A stretch of 53,287 nt of DNA from a virus (IMGVR_UViG_3300005096_000121:1-53287), one strand, 5' to 3'. Positions 35,845-45,823 are shown, counted from the stretch's first letter. The notes: a model not told the origin generated them from the sequence alone. Program-made: numbers and translations.

Positions 35845-37878
35845 ATGTCATTCATCGACAAACTTATACGCCCAGCTAGAGATATTTTCCTCCAGGAAGA
35901 GCTAGACGACTATCTATCTTTGGACACTGAGACTACAGGACTAGAACTTCATCACTCTTGCAAACCTTTTTTTGTATCGACTTGTGATCCATACGGAAAG
36001 ACCAAGTTTTGGGAGTGGAAAGTAAATCCAAAAACAAGACAACCTAAAGTTCCTAAAAGACACCTCATTCAAATCACTGAGCATGTACAAAACAAGATAC
36101 TCGTGTTCCATAATGCAAGCTTTGATATTCGTGCTTTGGAAACTATAGGAATTAAACTGAAATTCAAACAAGACAAGTTTCAATCTTACCCCAAACAAAC
36201 AAAGGCTGTAGCGACTTGTCAATCATTCCATGACACGATCCTCGCATCCCACGCAATTAGAACTTCCGATCCCCGCAAGCTAAAAGACTTAGCCTTGCTC
36301 CATTTGGATTTCTCAGACAAGGACGAAAGAGACTTAAAGAAGCATGTTGCAGATGCTTGTCGATATGCACAAAAACACCATCCAGATTGGAAACTAGGAG
36401 TTGATCTCAAAGGCACTCGTCAAACTGCTTCTGACTATTGGATTCCAAAGGCAGTCGACTCTTCAGACACAAGCTGTGAAACTTATGGTTGTGCTGACGT
36501 AGAACGCACCATTCTTCTATGGTTATTCTACCTTGAGAAGTTTGATCAAGAAAACAAAGACTTCGATCAGAGCCTCACTTGCTACTTACGAGAAAAGCTA
36601 CTCTTTCCATCAATCTTCAAACAAGAATCGAAAGGCATAACGATACGGAACAGATCATTAACCAGAATCAAAGCACATCTCAAAGGGGAGACGGACAACT
36701 ATAGAGCTAAGACAGTGCGGACGGGTAAACAACGCTTATCAAATGCGAAGTTTAATCCTGATTCTGCTAAAGACAACATAGAGTTACTCTTCAACAACAT
36801 AAAAGGATTCAATCTTCCAATTCTAAAGAAGACAGAGAAAGGAACACCATCGACTGACAAAGACACTCTACACGATCTTCTAAAACTGACACTATTTCCT
36901 AAAGCAAAGACCTACCTAAAGAATCTTCTCAAAACGAGAGCCCACCAATCCAGTCTAAGATACTTAGAATCTTACAGACGGCACATGCTCCTTTCCAAGT
37001 GGCCTTCCCACAGCATCCTTCATACTTCTATTCACCAAACGGGAACAGGCACAACAAGACAAGCTACTTCTTCTCCCAATCAACAGAACATATCCATCAA
37101 GGAACTAGTAGAGATTGATGGCCATGAAATACCACTCCCTTCTCTCCGTTCCATGTTTTCTCCCCCTCCAGGTAAGGTTTGGTATTCCATCGACTATTCC
37201 CAGCTGGAACTACGCATCTTTGCAGTGCTATCGGGAGACAAGAAACTCATAGCTGCATTTGACCGTGGGGAGGATATTCACAACTTTGTTGCTACCACTA
37301 TGTTCCCCGGAAAACTGATAACCAAGGAATTGAGAAGAGTTGCAAAAGCAGTGTCCTTTGGTATCATCTATGGCAAGGCCGCTAAGAACATAGACCTTGC
37401 AGCGGGTTTTGCAGGAGCTTACGAACTATTCATTAGCAAATTCACTCAGCTTCCAATAACCAAAAGAAAGCTAATTGCTTTTGCTCGCAGGCACGGATAC
37501 GTTGAAACTCTCTTTGGATATCAACTAGACATTCCCTCAGATCGAATGAATACCACCGTCATTGATTATGTGTGTCAGGGCACAGCGGGGGACATTATCA
37601 AAAACGCAACAATAGCTCTCGACAAAAAGAAAATCATCGATTGGAAGCATTCATCCATCCTACTGCAAATCCACGATGAACTCCTCATTGAAGTTGATGA
37701 CCACCCTAAGTACAACAATGCGAAGTTCCTCAAATCCGTTATTGATGAGATGGAAGGATCAGGAAAAGACTTAGGAGTACACACTCCCGTAGAAGTTGAT
37801 CTTATCACTAAGGACTGGAGTCGTGGAAAACCAGTACAAGTTATCGATAACGAAATACAACTAATCACAACAAGCTGA
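35845..37878 (+). CDS. Family A DNA polymerase with 3'-5' exonuclease
   Basis: ExoI DTETTGL, ExoII HNASFD, motif A DYSQLELR, motif B R..AKAVSFGIIYG, motif C QIHDELL. Confidence 0.95.
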   Translation: MSFIDKLIRPARDIFLQEELDDYLSLDTETTGLELHHSCKPFFVSTCDPYGKTKFWEWKVNPKTRQPKVPKRHLIQITEHVQNKILVFHNASFDIRALETIGIKLKFKQDKFQSYPKQTKAVATCQSFHDTILASHAIRTSDPRKLKDLALLHLDFSDKDERDLKKHVADACRYAQKHHPDWKLGVDLKGTRQTASDYWIPKAVDSSDTSCETYGCADVERTILLWLFYLEKFDQENKDFDQSLTCYLREKLLFPSIFKQESKGITIRNRSLTRIKAHLKGETDNYRAKTVRTGKQRLSNAKFNPDSAKDNIELLFNNIKGFNLPILKKTEKGTPSTDKDTLHDLLKLTLFPKAKTYLKNLLKTRAHQSSLRYLESYRRHMLLSKWPSHSILHTSIHQTGTGTTRQATSSPNQQNISIKELVEIDGHEIPLPSLRSMFSPPPGKVWYSIDYSQLELRIFAVLSGDKKLIAAFDRGEDIHNFVATTMFPGKLITKELRRVAKAVSFGIIYGKAAKNIDLAAGFAGAYELFISKFTQLPITKRKLIAFARRHGYVETLFGYQLDIPSDRMNTTVIDYVCQGTAGDIIKNATIALDKKKIIDWKHSSILLQIHDELLIEVDDHPKYNNAKFLKSVIDEMEGSGKDLGVHTPVEVDLITKDWSRGKPVQVIDNEIQLITTS

Positions 37879-37898
37879 CTCAACATGTAGGAAAAATC

Positions 37899-38156
37899 AT
37901 GGACCACAACGTGGTAGCTAAATCACAAGAGCAAGTGACGACTGTACATACCGAAATAACATTTAATAGGTTTTGGTGCCGTACTAACGACAAATTTGGT
38001 GACATTCAAATACGCCTCGAAAAGGACGGTAGTATATTTATCGGCGCGAGAAATATAAGGGACAATGATCAAATTGAAATTCCTTTTGAAGAATTTAGCG
38101 AAAGATTCATCAAAGAATTTTTCCCTCACTTTAGCTTAAAAAAACCAATCCAGTAA
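37899..38156 (+). CDS. Hypothetical protein
   Basis: 85 aa, AGGA RBS. Confidence 0.55.
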   Translation: MDHNVVAKSQEQVTTVHTEITFNRFWCRTNDKFGDIQIRLEKDGSIFIGARNIRDNDQIEIPFEEFSERFIKEFFPHFSLKKPIQ

Positions 38157-38158
38157 AT

Positions 38159-40345
38159 TTGAAAGGATTCACCGTGACAAAGAGAACCAAATCCGGAGAA
38201 GACACTCTAAGCACTTACACATTCCATGGGGTCGACATTCTTCCCGGACGAAATGGACAAGCAGTAGGTATCTGCCCATTCTGTGGCAATGACAAATTCT
38301 ACGTAGACAAAAAAGAAGGTCTCTTCGACTGCAAGAGTCTCAACTCATGTGGAAGATCGGGAAACAAATATACCTTCCTTCAGATGTTTTATGAGACTGC
38401 ACTAGAGATGACGACAGTTGCTAAGTACAAGTCTCTCTCCAAAGCGAGGGGAAAGGTTCCCTATCAAGCATTCCAAGATGCAGAACTTGCCTACGACTCT
38501 GCTCTCAAACGATGGATCATTCCCATCAAGAACGAAAAAGGAAGCATTGTCAATCTTCGTGTGTGGGACCCCAAAACTAAAATCCCAATGAATACTTCAG
38601 GTTGCCTCACCCATCTAGGCAACATGGACACAATCGAAGAGAACGAAACCATCTATATCTGTGAGGGAGAATGGGACGCCTTCTGTCTTCAGTGGCTTAT
38701 CGACAAGAACATTAAGACAGAGAAATCAACGGGAGTTGTATTCGTTCCGGGAGCAGATAACTTCAAGCAAGAGTGGGTGATTAAATTTCATGGTAAGCAT
38801 GTTATCCTAGTCTACGACAATGACATAGCAGGCACCAAAGGAATGTCTAAGTGCTCTATTCTTCTCCAGGAAATGGGTTCTTGTAAATCGATCAATTCTA
38901 TTACTTGGCCCGAATCGACTCCTGAAAAGTACGATATCAATGACTTTGTTTCTCGCCACTACAAGAAACCTAAAACTGCTCTATCTACTCTAAAGAAGTA
39001 CATCCACGAATTTGAACCAGAAAAGAAGAAGAAGGAAAAGAACTCAGTTAAGTGTACCTCTTTCAATTCTCTTGTTACTCGATTCAAGAAGCACATTCAC
39101 TTATCGAGTGACGCAAAGGATGGTCTTCTTCTTATGTGTGCCACAATCCTTTCCTCTAAGATCAGAGGGGAACCTGTTTGGTTATTTATAGTTGGCCCTT
39201 CCGGAAGCGGAAAGACATTATTGCTCCAAACATTTACTCAGTGTGAGCAGACTCACATGGAATCTTGTCTGGGTGCAAAGACCTTAATCTCAGGCTACAA
39301 AACCAATGACGGATCAGACCCCTCTCTACTTCCCAACATCATTGGAAAAACTCTCATACTGAAGGACTACACTGAAATACTTTGCATGGCTTCCGCAGAC
39401 CAAGAAATAGTGTACGGACAATTAAGAGGAGTCTACGATGGGAACGTGAGTAGAACCTATGCTACGGGAGTGACACGAGTCTATCCGGCTCCAGGCAGTG
39501 AACACAAAGACTGCCGTTTCTCAATTCTAGCTGGAGTCACTAACGCCATTCATGGCGATAACAGAACTGATATGGGAGAACGCTTTCTCAAATATCAGAT
39601 GGTAGGGGACGACTACAACGCAATCGACCAAGTGCGGAGAGCCATCGATAATACAGTTAGACAAAAGATACCAGAAGAACGTCTAGCCAATGTTTCTTCC
39701 GCATTCATTGATTATTTGTGCGATCAATGCGACTCCTCTAAAATAAAACTACCTTTGGTTCCCAAATGGTATATCAATCGGATCATAGGTCTCTCTCAAC
39801 TCTCAGCAGTTATCCGAGCAAGAGTCACACGTAATCGAGGAGAACTCACCTATCGCCCAACTCCCGAAGTTGCATCTCGAATTTCCAAACAACTAGTTAA
39901 GCTATCTCAGTGCATAGCCATCACCCTAGGAAAGAAAGTCTTAGACAAGTCCATCTACTCTCTAGTAGCTAAGGTGGCCATGGACTCCTGCTACGGGTGG
40001 CACAGAGACGTTCTCTTGACTCTTGTCGCTAATCCGGACAAAGAACTCAATCGACTGACCATTGCTGAACTGACAGGCACATCTCCTACCACAGCAAAGA
40101 GAGTCCTAGACGATCTGATTGAACTCAAAGCCATCACCTACCGAACCAATCAAGAAGACACCAAGAAGGGTCAACCTACTCGTCTGTGGGCTATCTCGGA
40201 TGAGATCAAAACCCTCATTGATATGGCTAGACTAGGAGAGACTGCCCACATAGGTAAACTAATCCAAGCATCCACTAGACAACGGAAGAAGCTCAGGACT
40301 ACTAAGAAGCCTAGAAAACCAAGGAATCTAAAAAAGTACAAGTAA
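38159..40345 (+). CDS. Primase-helicase (Zn ribbon + TOPRIM + AAA+ ATPase + winged helix)
   Basis: CPFC..DC....C; ICEGEWD; YDND.AG; YDIND; GPSGSGKT; C-terminal HTH. Confidence 0.88.
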   Translation: MKGFTVTKRTKSGEDTLSTYTFHGVDILPGRNGQAVGICPFCGNDKFYVDKKEGLFDCKSLNSCGRSGNKYTFLQMFYETALEMTTVAKYKSLSKARGKVPYQAFQDAELAYDSALKRWIIPIKNEKGSIVNLRVWDPKTKIPMNTSGCLTHLGNMDTIEENETIYICEGEWDAFCLQWLIDKNIKTEKSTGVVFVPGADNFKQEWVIKFHGKHVILVYDNDIAGTKGMSKCSILLQEMGSCKSINSITWPESTPEKYDINDFVSRHYKKPKTALSTLKKYIHEFEPEKKKKEKNSVKCTSFNSLVTRFKKHIHLSSDAKDGLLLMCATILSSKIRGEPVWLFIVGPSGSGKTLLLQTFTQCEQTHMESCLGAKTLISGYKTNDGSDPSLLPNIIGKTLILKDYTEILCMASADQEIVYGQLRGVYDGNVSRTYATGVTRVYPAPGSEHKDCRFSILAGVTNAIHGDNRTDMGERFLKYQMVGDDYNAIDQVRRAIDNTVRQKIPEERLANVSSAFIDYLCDQCDSSKIKLPLVPKWYINRIIGLSQLSAVIRARVTRNRGELTYRPTPEVASRISKQLVKLSQCIAITLGKKVLDKSIYSLVAKVAMDSCYGWHRDVLLTLVANPDKELNRLTIAELTGTSPTTAKRVLDDLIELKAITYRTNQEDTKKGQPTRLWAISDEIKTLIDMARLGETAHIGKLIQASTRQRKKLRTTKKPRKPRNLKKYK

Positions 40346-40358
40346 ACAGAGAAACTCC

Positions 40359-40387
40359 TTGACACACTCCAACCACAAAACTATAAC
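40359..40387 (+). promoter_or_regulatory. Sigma70-like promoter
   Basis: TTGACA-N17-TATAAC. Confidence 0.6.
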
Positions 40388-40427
40388 AAGATGGATCACA
40401 AACTCGTACCTGAAAGGATAACGTATC

Positions 40428-40646
40428 ATGTTGTATGCTGTAGGTTTCATAAACTTCATTGCTGATAATCCCGAGCTAACTGTGGAAATCATTGTTGCAG
40501 AGGGGTGGAAAGAGGCCATTGAAAATCATACGCAAATTTTGTGGGACGACGATCTATTAGGCACCATTTCAGAAGTAAAAGATCAATTCGAGCAGGAGGA
40601 CTGTCAACTTGATGTAGTACGGATATATCACCGCACTCTTGCCTAA
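40428..40646 (+). CDS. Hypothetical protein
   Basis: 72 aa, AAGGA RBS. Confidence 0.6.
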   Translation: MLYAVGFINFIADNPELTVEIIVAEGWKEAIENHTQILWDDDLLGTISEVKDQFEQEDCQLDVVRIYHRTLA

Positions 40647-40678
40647 CTCCCCACCTATCCCTCCCAGGAAAAGCTACT

Positions 40679-41119
40679 ATGTCAATGAATACTCACACTC
40701 TTTATGCTTCAGAAGTCAATAAAGAATCCATTGCATTCATCTGCGAATGCTTTGACAAAGGAAAGTTGACAGAAGAGAAACAAAAGATAGCTCACAGTCT
40801 GTGGCAACTTCAAGGATTCCTTCAGCATATAATTCTTGGGGAATACGTTGAAGACCTCTCTGCACCTAGAACCCGACCAAGACTCAACGAAAAAGACTTA
40901 GACATCCTTCTCAGTGTTTATAAATCCTTCTTCGATTTCATGGAGAAACTGGACTGTAGTTTTGTGGATGAGAATCCTATGCCCGGATTTGAAGTGACTT
41001 CCATAATGAGTCTAGTTGTAGTGATCTCTACCATGCTTGAAATACTACGAGACTACAAAGAAGACTACCTCACAGAACCACCAAAAGAGATTGAAGTTAC
41101 CAATCCACTTAGTAATTAA
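40679..41119 (+). CDS. Hypothetical protein
   Basis: 146 aa ORF. Confidence 0.6.
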   Translation: MSMNTHTLYASEVNKESIAFICECFDKGKLTEEKQKIAHSLWQLQGFLQHIILGEYVEDLSAPRTRPRLNEKDLDILLSVYKSFFDFMEKLDCSFVDENPMPGFEVTSIMSLVVVISTMLEILRDYKEDYLTEPPKEIEVTNPLSN

Positions 41120-41169
41120 ATTTCACCATCCCAACCATATACACACATATCCATTGAAGGAGCAGAGCA

Positions 41170-41703
41170 ATGACATTCACTGAACTAACTACAGCAGAAG
41201 AACTGACACTAATCAGAGAATCAATTCTAAAACTTGAGAGTACATCTGAAAGCACATTCGTAATCGTGATGACTACTTTAGCGTTCTTATTCGTCATGTT
41301 CTTGTTGTTCGGATTGAGATGGATGACAAAGAAATCAGGTGAGTCACTTAGCCCACTATCGAAGCTTACACCAGAATCTTCATTGTTCGCCAACAAACAC
41401 AATGTGGCTGAGCATACGCATCCTCAGACTTATCAAGAATCCAGTAAAGATATTGAGACTATTCAAGCTGCTGTATGGGAACGTATGCGCAACACAGTCG
41501 TGGATAAGGTCGAGAATGACGGTACCAACTCAATTGACATGGCTTACGACTTAGCAGATCACTTTGCTGATCTACAAGACGAATCAGGAGTGATGCTCTC
41601 CATGGCGATATGCAAACACATCGTTCAACGAGAAGAGAAAGAGCTACTGGATCATGTCACTCACCACAAAGACCTAGAGAAAGGAATGGATAATTCCAAA
41701 TGA
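41170..41703 (+). CDS. Hypothetical single-pass membrane protein
   Basis: TM segment FVIVMTTLAFLFVMFLLFGL; AAGGAG RBS. Confidence 0.65.
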   Translation: MTFTELTTAEELTLIRESILKLESTSESTFVIVMTTLAFLFVMFLLFGLRWMTKKSGESLSPLSKLTPESSLFANKHNVAEHTHPQTYQESSKDIETIQAAVWERMRNTVVDKVENDGTNSIDMAYDLADHFADLQDESGVMLSMAICKHIVQREEKELLDHVTHHKDLEKGMDNSK

Positions 41704-41984
41704 GCACTACATATGAAGAACTTGAGGTTCTCAAAAAGAAAGCCGATTATCTATTTGAGGAATTGAGGTGTGCCCAAACAACTCTTGCCGAACTAGACTT
41801 AGCTTTAGACGATGAGCATACAAGATGTGTAGTACAGCATAAGCAGATTGATGTCTACAAATGTGATGTGGCAAAGGCTCGTGACTTAGCCAGTGAAGTT
41901 CTATCTACTCATAAAGCTGAATCAGCACCAATTACTGAGTTGATGGCAATCCTCGTAGACGAGATAAAGCAATTGAGGGGCTAG
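41700..41984 (+). CDS. Hypothetical coiled-coil protein
   Basis: 94 aa, ATGA coupling. Confidence 0.6.
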   Translation: MSTTYEELEVLKKKADYLFEELRCAQTTLAELDLALDDEHTRCVVQHKQIDVYKCDVAKARDLASEVLSTHKAESAPITELMAILVDEIKQLRG

Positions 41985-42156
41985 TATCGATTCTAGTCCC
42001 ATAGAGGCTCTCAGAACTCATTCTACTGTCCACAATGACTACTCAACCCTCAAATAGCTTAGAGGTCCTTAGAACGACTCCTACAGCCTCTGAACACTAC
42101 TGCTCTAAACGCTCCAGATTGACACTCTCTTGACTGTTATCCATTTTCCAGGTATC

Positions 42157-42188
42157 CAAGCAATGGAGTATATGTACTCCATTGCTTG
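42157..42188. repeat. 14-bp inverted repeat/hairpin
   Basis: CAAGCAATGGAGTA-TATG-TACTCCATTGCTTG. Confidence 0.8.
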
Positions 42189-42491
42189 AGATATAAACAC
42201 TTCGCAAAAGAAGGAATTCAAGTAATGAGCTATCCACTAGGTCTAGACGAATACGACTCTTCCAAATTGTTAGACGAATTGGTCAGGAGGGATAACGCAG
42301 TAGTTTCTGGGAGATGCGATTATTGTAATTTTTCGCCCCTCACTTCACCCTGCAAGTTTCCGCATAGACATCGTCGATGCGTTGCTGAGATCAACAACGA
42401 AGACAATGGGGACAAAATGCTAGGGGATCAATACTCAGTCGAAGAGAGTGATCTTAATGGTTGTCCTGTAGAAGATAGTTTCAGTATGTGA
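42186..42491 (+). CDS. Hypothetical Cys/His protein (likely start ATG 42225)
   Basis: CDYC....CKFPHRH motif; AAGGA RBS. Confidence 0.6.
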   Translation: MRYKHFAKEGIQVMSYPLGLDEYDSSKLLDELVRRDNAVVSGRCDYCNFSPLTSPCKFPHRHRRCVAEINNEDNGDKMLGDQYSVEESDLNGCPVEDSFSM

Positions 42492-42860
42492 GTGATAGAA
42501 CTTTACACATTCATTCTTATGACAAATCCACCTATCGATCCTAATGACCCACAAATACATCCTCTGTGGCTTCTCGTCATCCTAGGACCTTTAGGGTCAT
42601 TAGCAGGCTGTGCTGCTCTTCTACGTACCGGAAAAGACTTAGACAAGAGATCATTCTTCTCTTCTATTCTTAACTCAGGTCTGATGGCAGTAGTCATCTG
42701 TGCTTTCATCTTCTACTACTACGGCACTTCCAATGTCTGGCTCCCCATAGCTCTCTCCATACTCTCAGGTCTAGGAGGAATTGATCTCATCAACTTCACT
42801 CTAGCTTTAGCTATGAAAGTGATGAAGACTCTAGTCGACTCCAAGACAGACCAACCCTAA
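42492..42860 (+). CDS. Holin-like protein (3 TM helices)
   Basis: Three hydrophobic segments, LAGCAALLR.G, SILSGLGG motif, charged C-terminus. Confidence 0.65.
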   Translation: MIELYTFILMTNPPIDPNDPQIHPLWLLVILGPLGSLAGCAALLRTGKDLDKRSFFSSILNSGLMAVVICAFIFYYYGTSNVWLPIALSILSGLGGIDLINFTLALAMKVMKTLVDSKTDQP

Positions 42861-42876
42861 AGGAACGATAACTACT

Positions 42877-43593
42877 ATGTGGAACCACATTCAAAAGATG
42901 AGTATGCACGGTGGTCATCCTTCTTGTGTCATCCCCACAAAGGAGGAGATGAACATCGCACGAAAGATAGCACTACCCACAGTCAATATATTACTCGTCA
43001 TAGTCACGGTAGTTGTCCTCAATGCTTTCTATAATCACAACGAGAAACTACGAAGTATCAATGCACTCTTGTCATTTCTAAAGGAGAGTGAAGTAGCTAT
43101 TCTCGTTACCGACACTGATCTCAATGTCACTGACTGCAATGATGCTGCTGCCAAACTCTTAGAAACTACAACCACCATTCTAAACAGAAGCAATGCTCAC
43201 AGATTGATCCCAGATCACCTAAAGGACAATCACGAGATAGCATTCCAAAAAGCACTCCAAGGACCTTCAGGCATTCTCAATGAAGTCAACTGCGAACTCA
43301 TCACATTCAGGGGGTCCAAAGTCCAAGTCTCCCTCATCATCGAGAAGATGGCTGTAAACCACAGAACACTTCTAGGAGTGAGAATCATAAGAAGGGACCA
43401 AATGAGAAGTATCGTAGTGAAGCACAAACCCCCAATAAAAAGTGAACTACTCCCTACTCCTCCATCCAATTCAGCTCTCCGTTGGTGCAAACAGTCTCCT
43501 AGTTGGGAACTAAAGCACGCTACCAAATCAAAAACTACTCCTAACTCTACAGAGCCTATTTGTACTTCTAGCTGCTCTCAGCACTGCAAATAA
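42877..43593 (+). CDS. Membrane-anchored PAS-domain protein
   Basis: TM helix then AILVTD....VT.CN.AA.KLL......L......LIP; G.K..V.L. Confidence 0.75.
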   Translation: MWNHIQKMSMHGGHPSCVIPTKEEMNIARKIALPTVNILLVIVTVVVLNAFYNHNEKLRSINALLSFLKESEVAILVTDTDLNVTDCNDAAAKLLETTTTILNRSNAHRLIPDHLKDNHEIAFQKALQGPSGILNEVNCELITFRGSKVQVSLIIEKMAVNHRTLLGVRIIRRDQMRSIVVKHKPPIKSELLPTPPSNSALRWCKQSPSWELKHATKSKTTPNSTEPICTSSCSQHCK

Positions 43594-43622
43594 AAATATA
43601 GGATTATTTCTTGTCAATCTAC

Positions 43623-43650
43623 TTGACATTCAATATCCAACTCTTATAGT
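43623..43650 (+). promoter_or_regulatory. Sigma70-like promoter
   Basis: TTGACA-N16-TATAGT. Confidence 0.55.
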
Positions 43651-43774
43651 AGAACTTGCCTTGGACCGGCTGGGATGAGGAGGGAGGGAACCTCTCGATT
43701 GGCGTCGTGCGAACTCCCTCCTCTTTCTTATTTCGGTACCATTCTCACAACACTCACTCAAAGGAATATCTACT

Positions 43775-44098
43775 ATGACGAAGCTAGCAAAGAAGAAGAC
43801 TTACGCACTGGCAAAGCACAAGAGTACCAAGACCAACTATCTCACAGTTGGAGAAGCTGCTGACCATTTCAAAGTCACGAAGATCACTGTCTATGGCTGG
43901 TGCAAATCACAACTACTGAAGGGCATCTATCAAGACAAAACCAATCACTGGTTCATCCCCTCTGATTCCATTCGTCCAGCACTTCCCGAATGGCACTTCT
44001 CCAACAAGAACAATCCCAAACCTACAAAGAAAAAGAAAGCTACCAAGAAGAAATCCAAGGTAGTCAAAGTCACAAGAAAGAAGAAATCCAAAGCTTGA
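43775..44098 (+). CDS. Excisionase/MerR-like HTH DNA-binding protein with Lys-rich tail
   Basis: YLTVGEAADHFKVTKITVYGWCK...L.G......WFIP. Confidence 0.8.
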   Translation: MTKLAKKKTYALAKHKSTKTNYLTVGEAADHFKVTKITVYGWCKSQLLKGIYQDKTNHWFIPSDSIRPALPEWHFSNKNNPKPTKKKKATKKKSKVVKVTRKKKSKA

Positions 44099-44169
44099 TT
44101 AAATTTCACCGTTCAGACCTCAGTGTAATATAGCTTGCTTTCTGCAATACAATGGATTAGTATTCTTTC

Positions 44170-45045
44170 ATGGCTAAACGGAAAAACAACAAGAGAAAAG
44201 CATTCAGTCAGAGGTCTCATAAACCAAAGATCAATGATGCGAATACTTCCTCTGATTCCAATCCTCTTGATTCTCCCAACATGGAAGACTTCGAACAGGA
44301 ATCGGAGGGATTACCTGAACAGCCAGCATCTCTCACTACTGCTCCCATATGGAACAACACAGGACTACCCCAGTACACGCTCCTAGAAGTTCCAGAGCGA
44401 GTAGACTTTCCTCCTATCCCCAATATATCCAGGCCTTGTTTCCTGATCCAAATAGCAACGGACAATCCAGACGTGTACAAGAAGATGATCTCTCTCATAC
44501 GCCATGGCGTCTACGGACACGTCGCAGCAGAAGTCATAGGAATCAATCAAGGCACCTTCTACGGATGGGCTAAGAGAGCCCGACAGGAACTCTCACAAGA
44601 CCCTCCTCTCGATAGCTTCTACACCCGCTTCTATAACGACGTTCGCAGAGCAGTCTCAATTAAGCGATCTGAGCTAGAAATGGACGTAGCAATATCTGAT
44701 CCTAAGAAGTGGCTCAGCAACGGACCAGGACGCATCTTTGGCAATAGCTGGGCAGATGCACCAACTCAATCTCAACAGCAACAAGCACTCCAAGACCAGA
44801 GTCAAGGAGACCCCCTCCTAGCTCTCGATAACGAACCTCATCCCTCCCATTCTTCCTCAGGAAATGGCTCCGATAATGATGACTCTAATACTCCTAAGTT
44901 TGCTGCGATTGAGATTGATGAGGGCACGAGCAAAGACGCATTAGGAATACTCCATCAAGAAGGAATTATTGAGGTACCTCGATCTTACAAAGCTCAGGTC
45001 AATAAGCAGAACCGAACTGATGATGATGTGGAGGAGGAAGAATAA
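44170..45045 (+). CDS. Probable terminase small subunit (HTH)
   Basis: IRHG....VAAE.IGI..GTFYGW.KR ... FY..VRRA.....E ... KWL pattern typical of TerS-like proteins. Confidence 0.6.
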   Translation: MAKRKNNKRKAFSQRSHKPKINDANTSSDSNPLDSPNMEDFEQESEGLPEQPASLTTAPIWNNTGLPQYTLLEVPERVDFPPIPNISRPCFLIQIATDNPDVYKKMISLIRHGVYGHVAAEVIGINQGTFYGWAKRARQELSQDPPLDSFYTRFYNDVRRAVSIKRSELEMDVAISDPKKWLSNGPGRIFGNSWADAPTQSQQQQALQDQSQGDPLLALDNEPHPSHSSSGNGSDNDDSNTPKFAAIEIDEGTSKDALGILHQEGIIEVPRSYKAQVNKQNRTDDDVEEEE

Positions 45046-45133
45046 TGACAGTAACAAGTTGGGCTCTTACAGTCTCTATCATTGTTTTACTAATCGATTG
45101 TTTTAATTCTATAACTAACAAGGAAATCTAATC

Positions 45134-45742
45134 ATGGCAAAGAAGAAACGACAAGCAAGTCAAGGTCACCCATCCAAAGCTGATCTAAAGAAGAAGGATA
45201 CTCAGATCACTGACTTAGAGTCTCGCCTCTCAGCAGCAAAAGAACTGATCTCCACATTGAAGACACAATCAGAGTCTTCGACAAATTCGCCAGACGAATC
45301 ACATGTACAAGCACTCCTAGGAAAGCAGAAAGAGAAGTTACAAGAAGCACAGGAGAAGATCACTCACCTTACACAACAGCTAGAGGATGACAAAGGAATA
45401 GCTGACAATCCTAATGAAGAGATCATCAGTCTCAAACGTCAGATTGTTCAATACAAAGCAACTAATCAACACTTAGCAAGTTTAGCAGCCAACCAAGGTT
45501 TGGCTTCTTCAAAAACCCCAGTTCCTTCAGTGTTCCAAGACCGCAGTATGCCGAAGACTCAATTAAGTGCCGAGCTTCTTACCGCCTGTATTGCTCATGC
45601 CTCTATTGGAACCAATCAAAAGAGGTTCAAGCAACAAGCAGTAGTCTTAGTGGACAATGCGATTACTTTAGCTGAAGAGATTGCAAGCAGAGTTTCTAAT
45701 CGCACCCACAGTTACATTAAAATCCCACCTAGCGACAAGTAA
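45134..45742 (+). CDS. Hypothetical coiled-coil protein
   Basis: 202 aa, heptad repeats, AAGGA RBS. Confidence 0.65.
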   Translation: MAKKKRQASQGHPSKADLKKKDTQITDLESRLSAAKELISTLKTQSESSTNSPDESHVQALLGKQKEKLQEAQEKITHLTQQLEDDKGIADNPNEEIISLKRQIVQYKATNQHLASLAANQGLASSKTPVPSVFQDRSMPKTQLSAELLTACIAHASIGTNQKRFKQQAVVLVDNAITLAEEIASRVSNRTHSYIKIPPSDK

Positions 45743-45763
45743 TCAGATCTGTAACGATGCAAC

Positions 45764-45823
45764 GAACACAGCAGTGAAGAATAGTCGAGTCGAAGCGATC
45801 GACAGCTGCTGTGCTCTTTTTTC
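45764..45823 (+). terminator. Possible terminator
   Basis: ACAGCAG...CTGCTGT stem followed by T-run. Confidence 0.45.

Noticed and set aside
42489-42494. TGA read-through fusing ORF 42186 to the holin-like ORF (in frame)
   Set aside because: The proteins look unrelated and the holin has a plausible ATG at 42519; probably coincidence
43775-44098. Prophage/integration module suggested by the excisionase-like HTH
   Set aside because: No integrase, transposase, att-like flank or host genes seen
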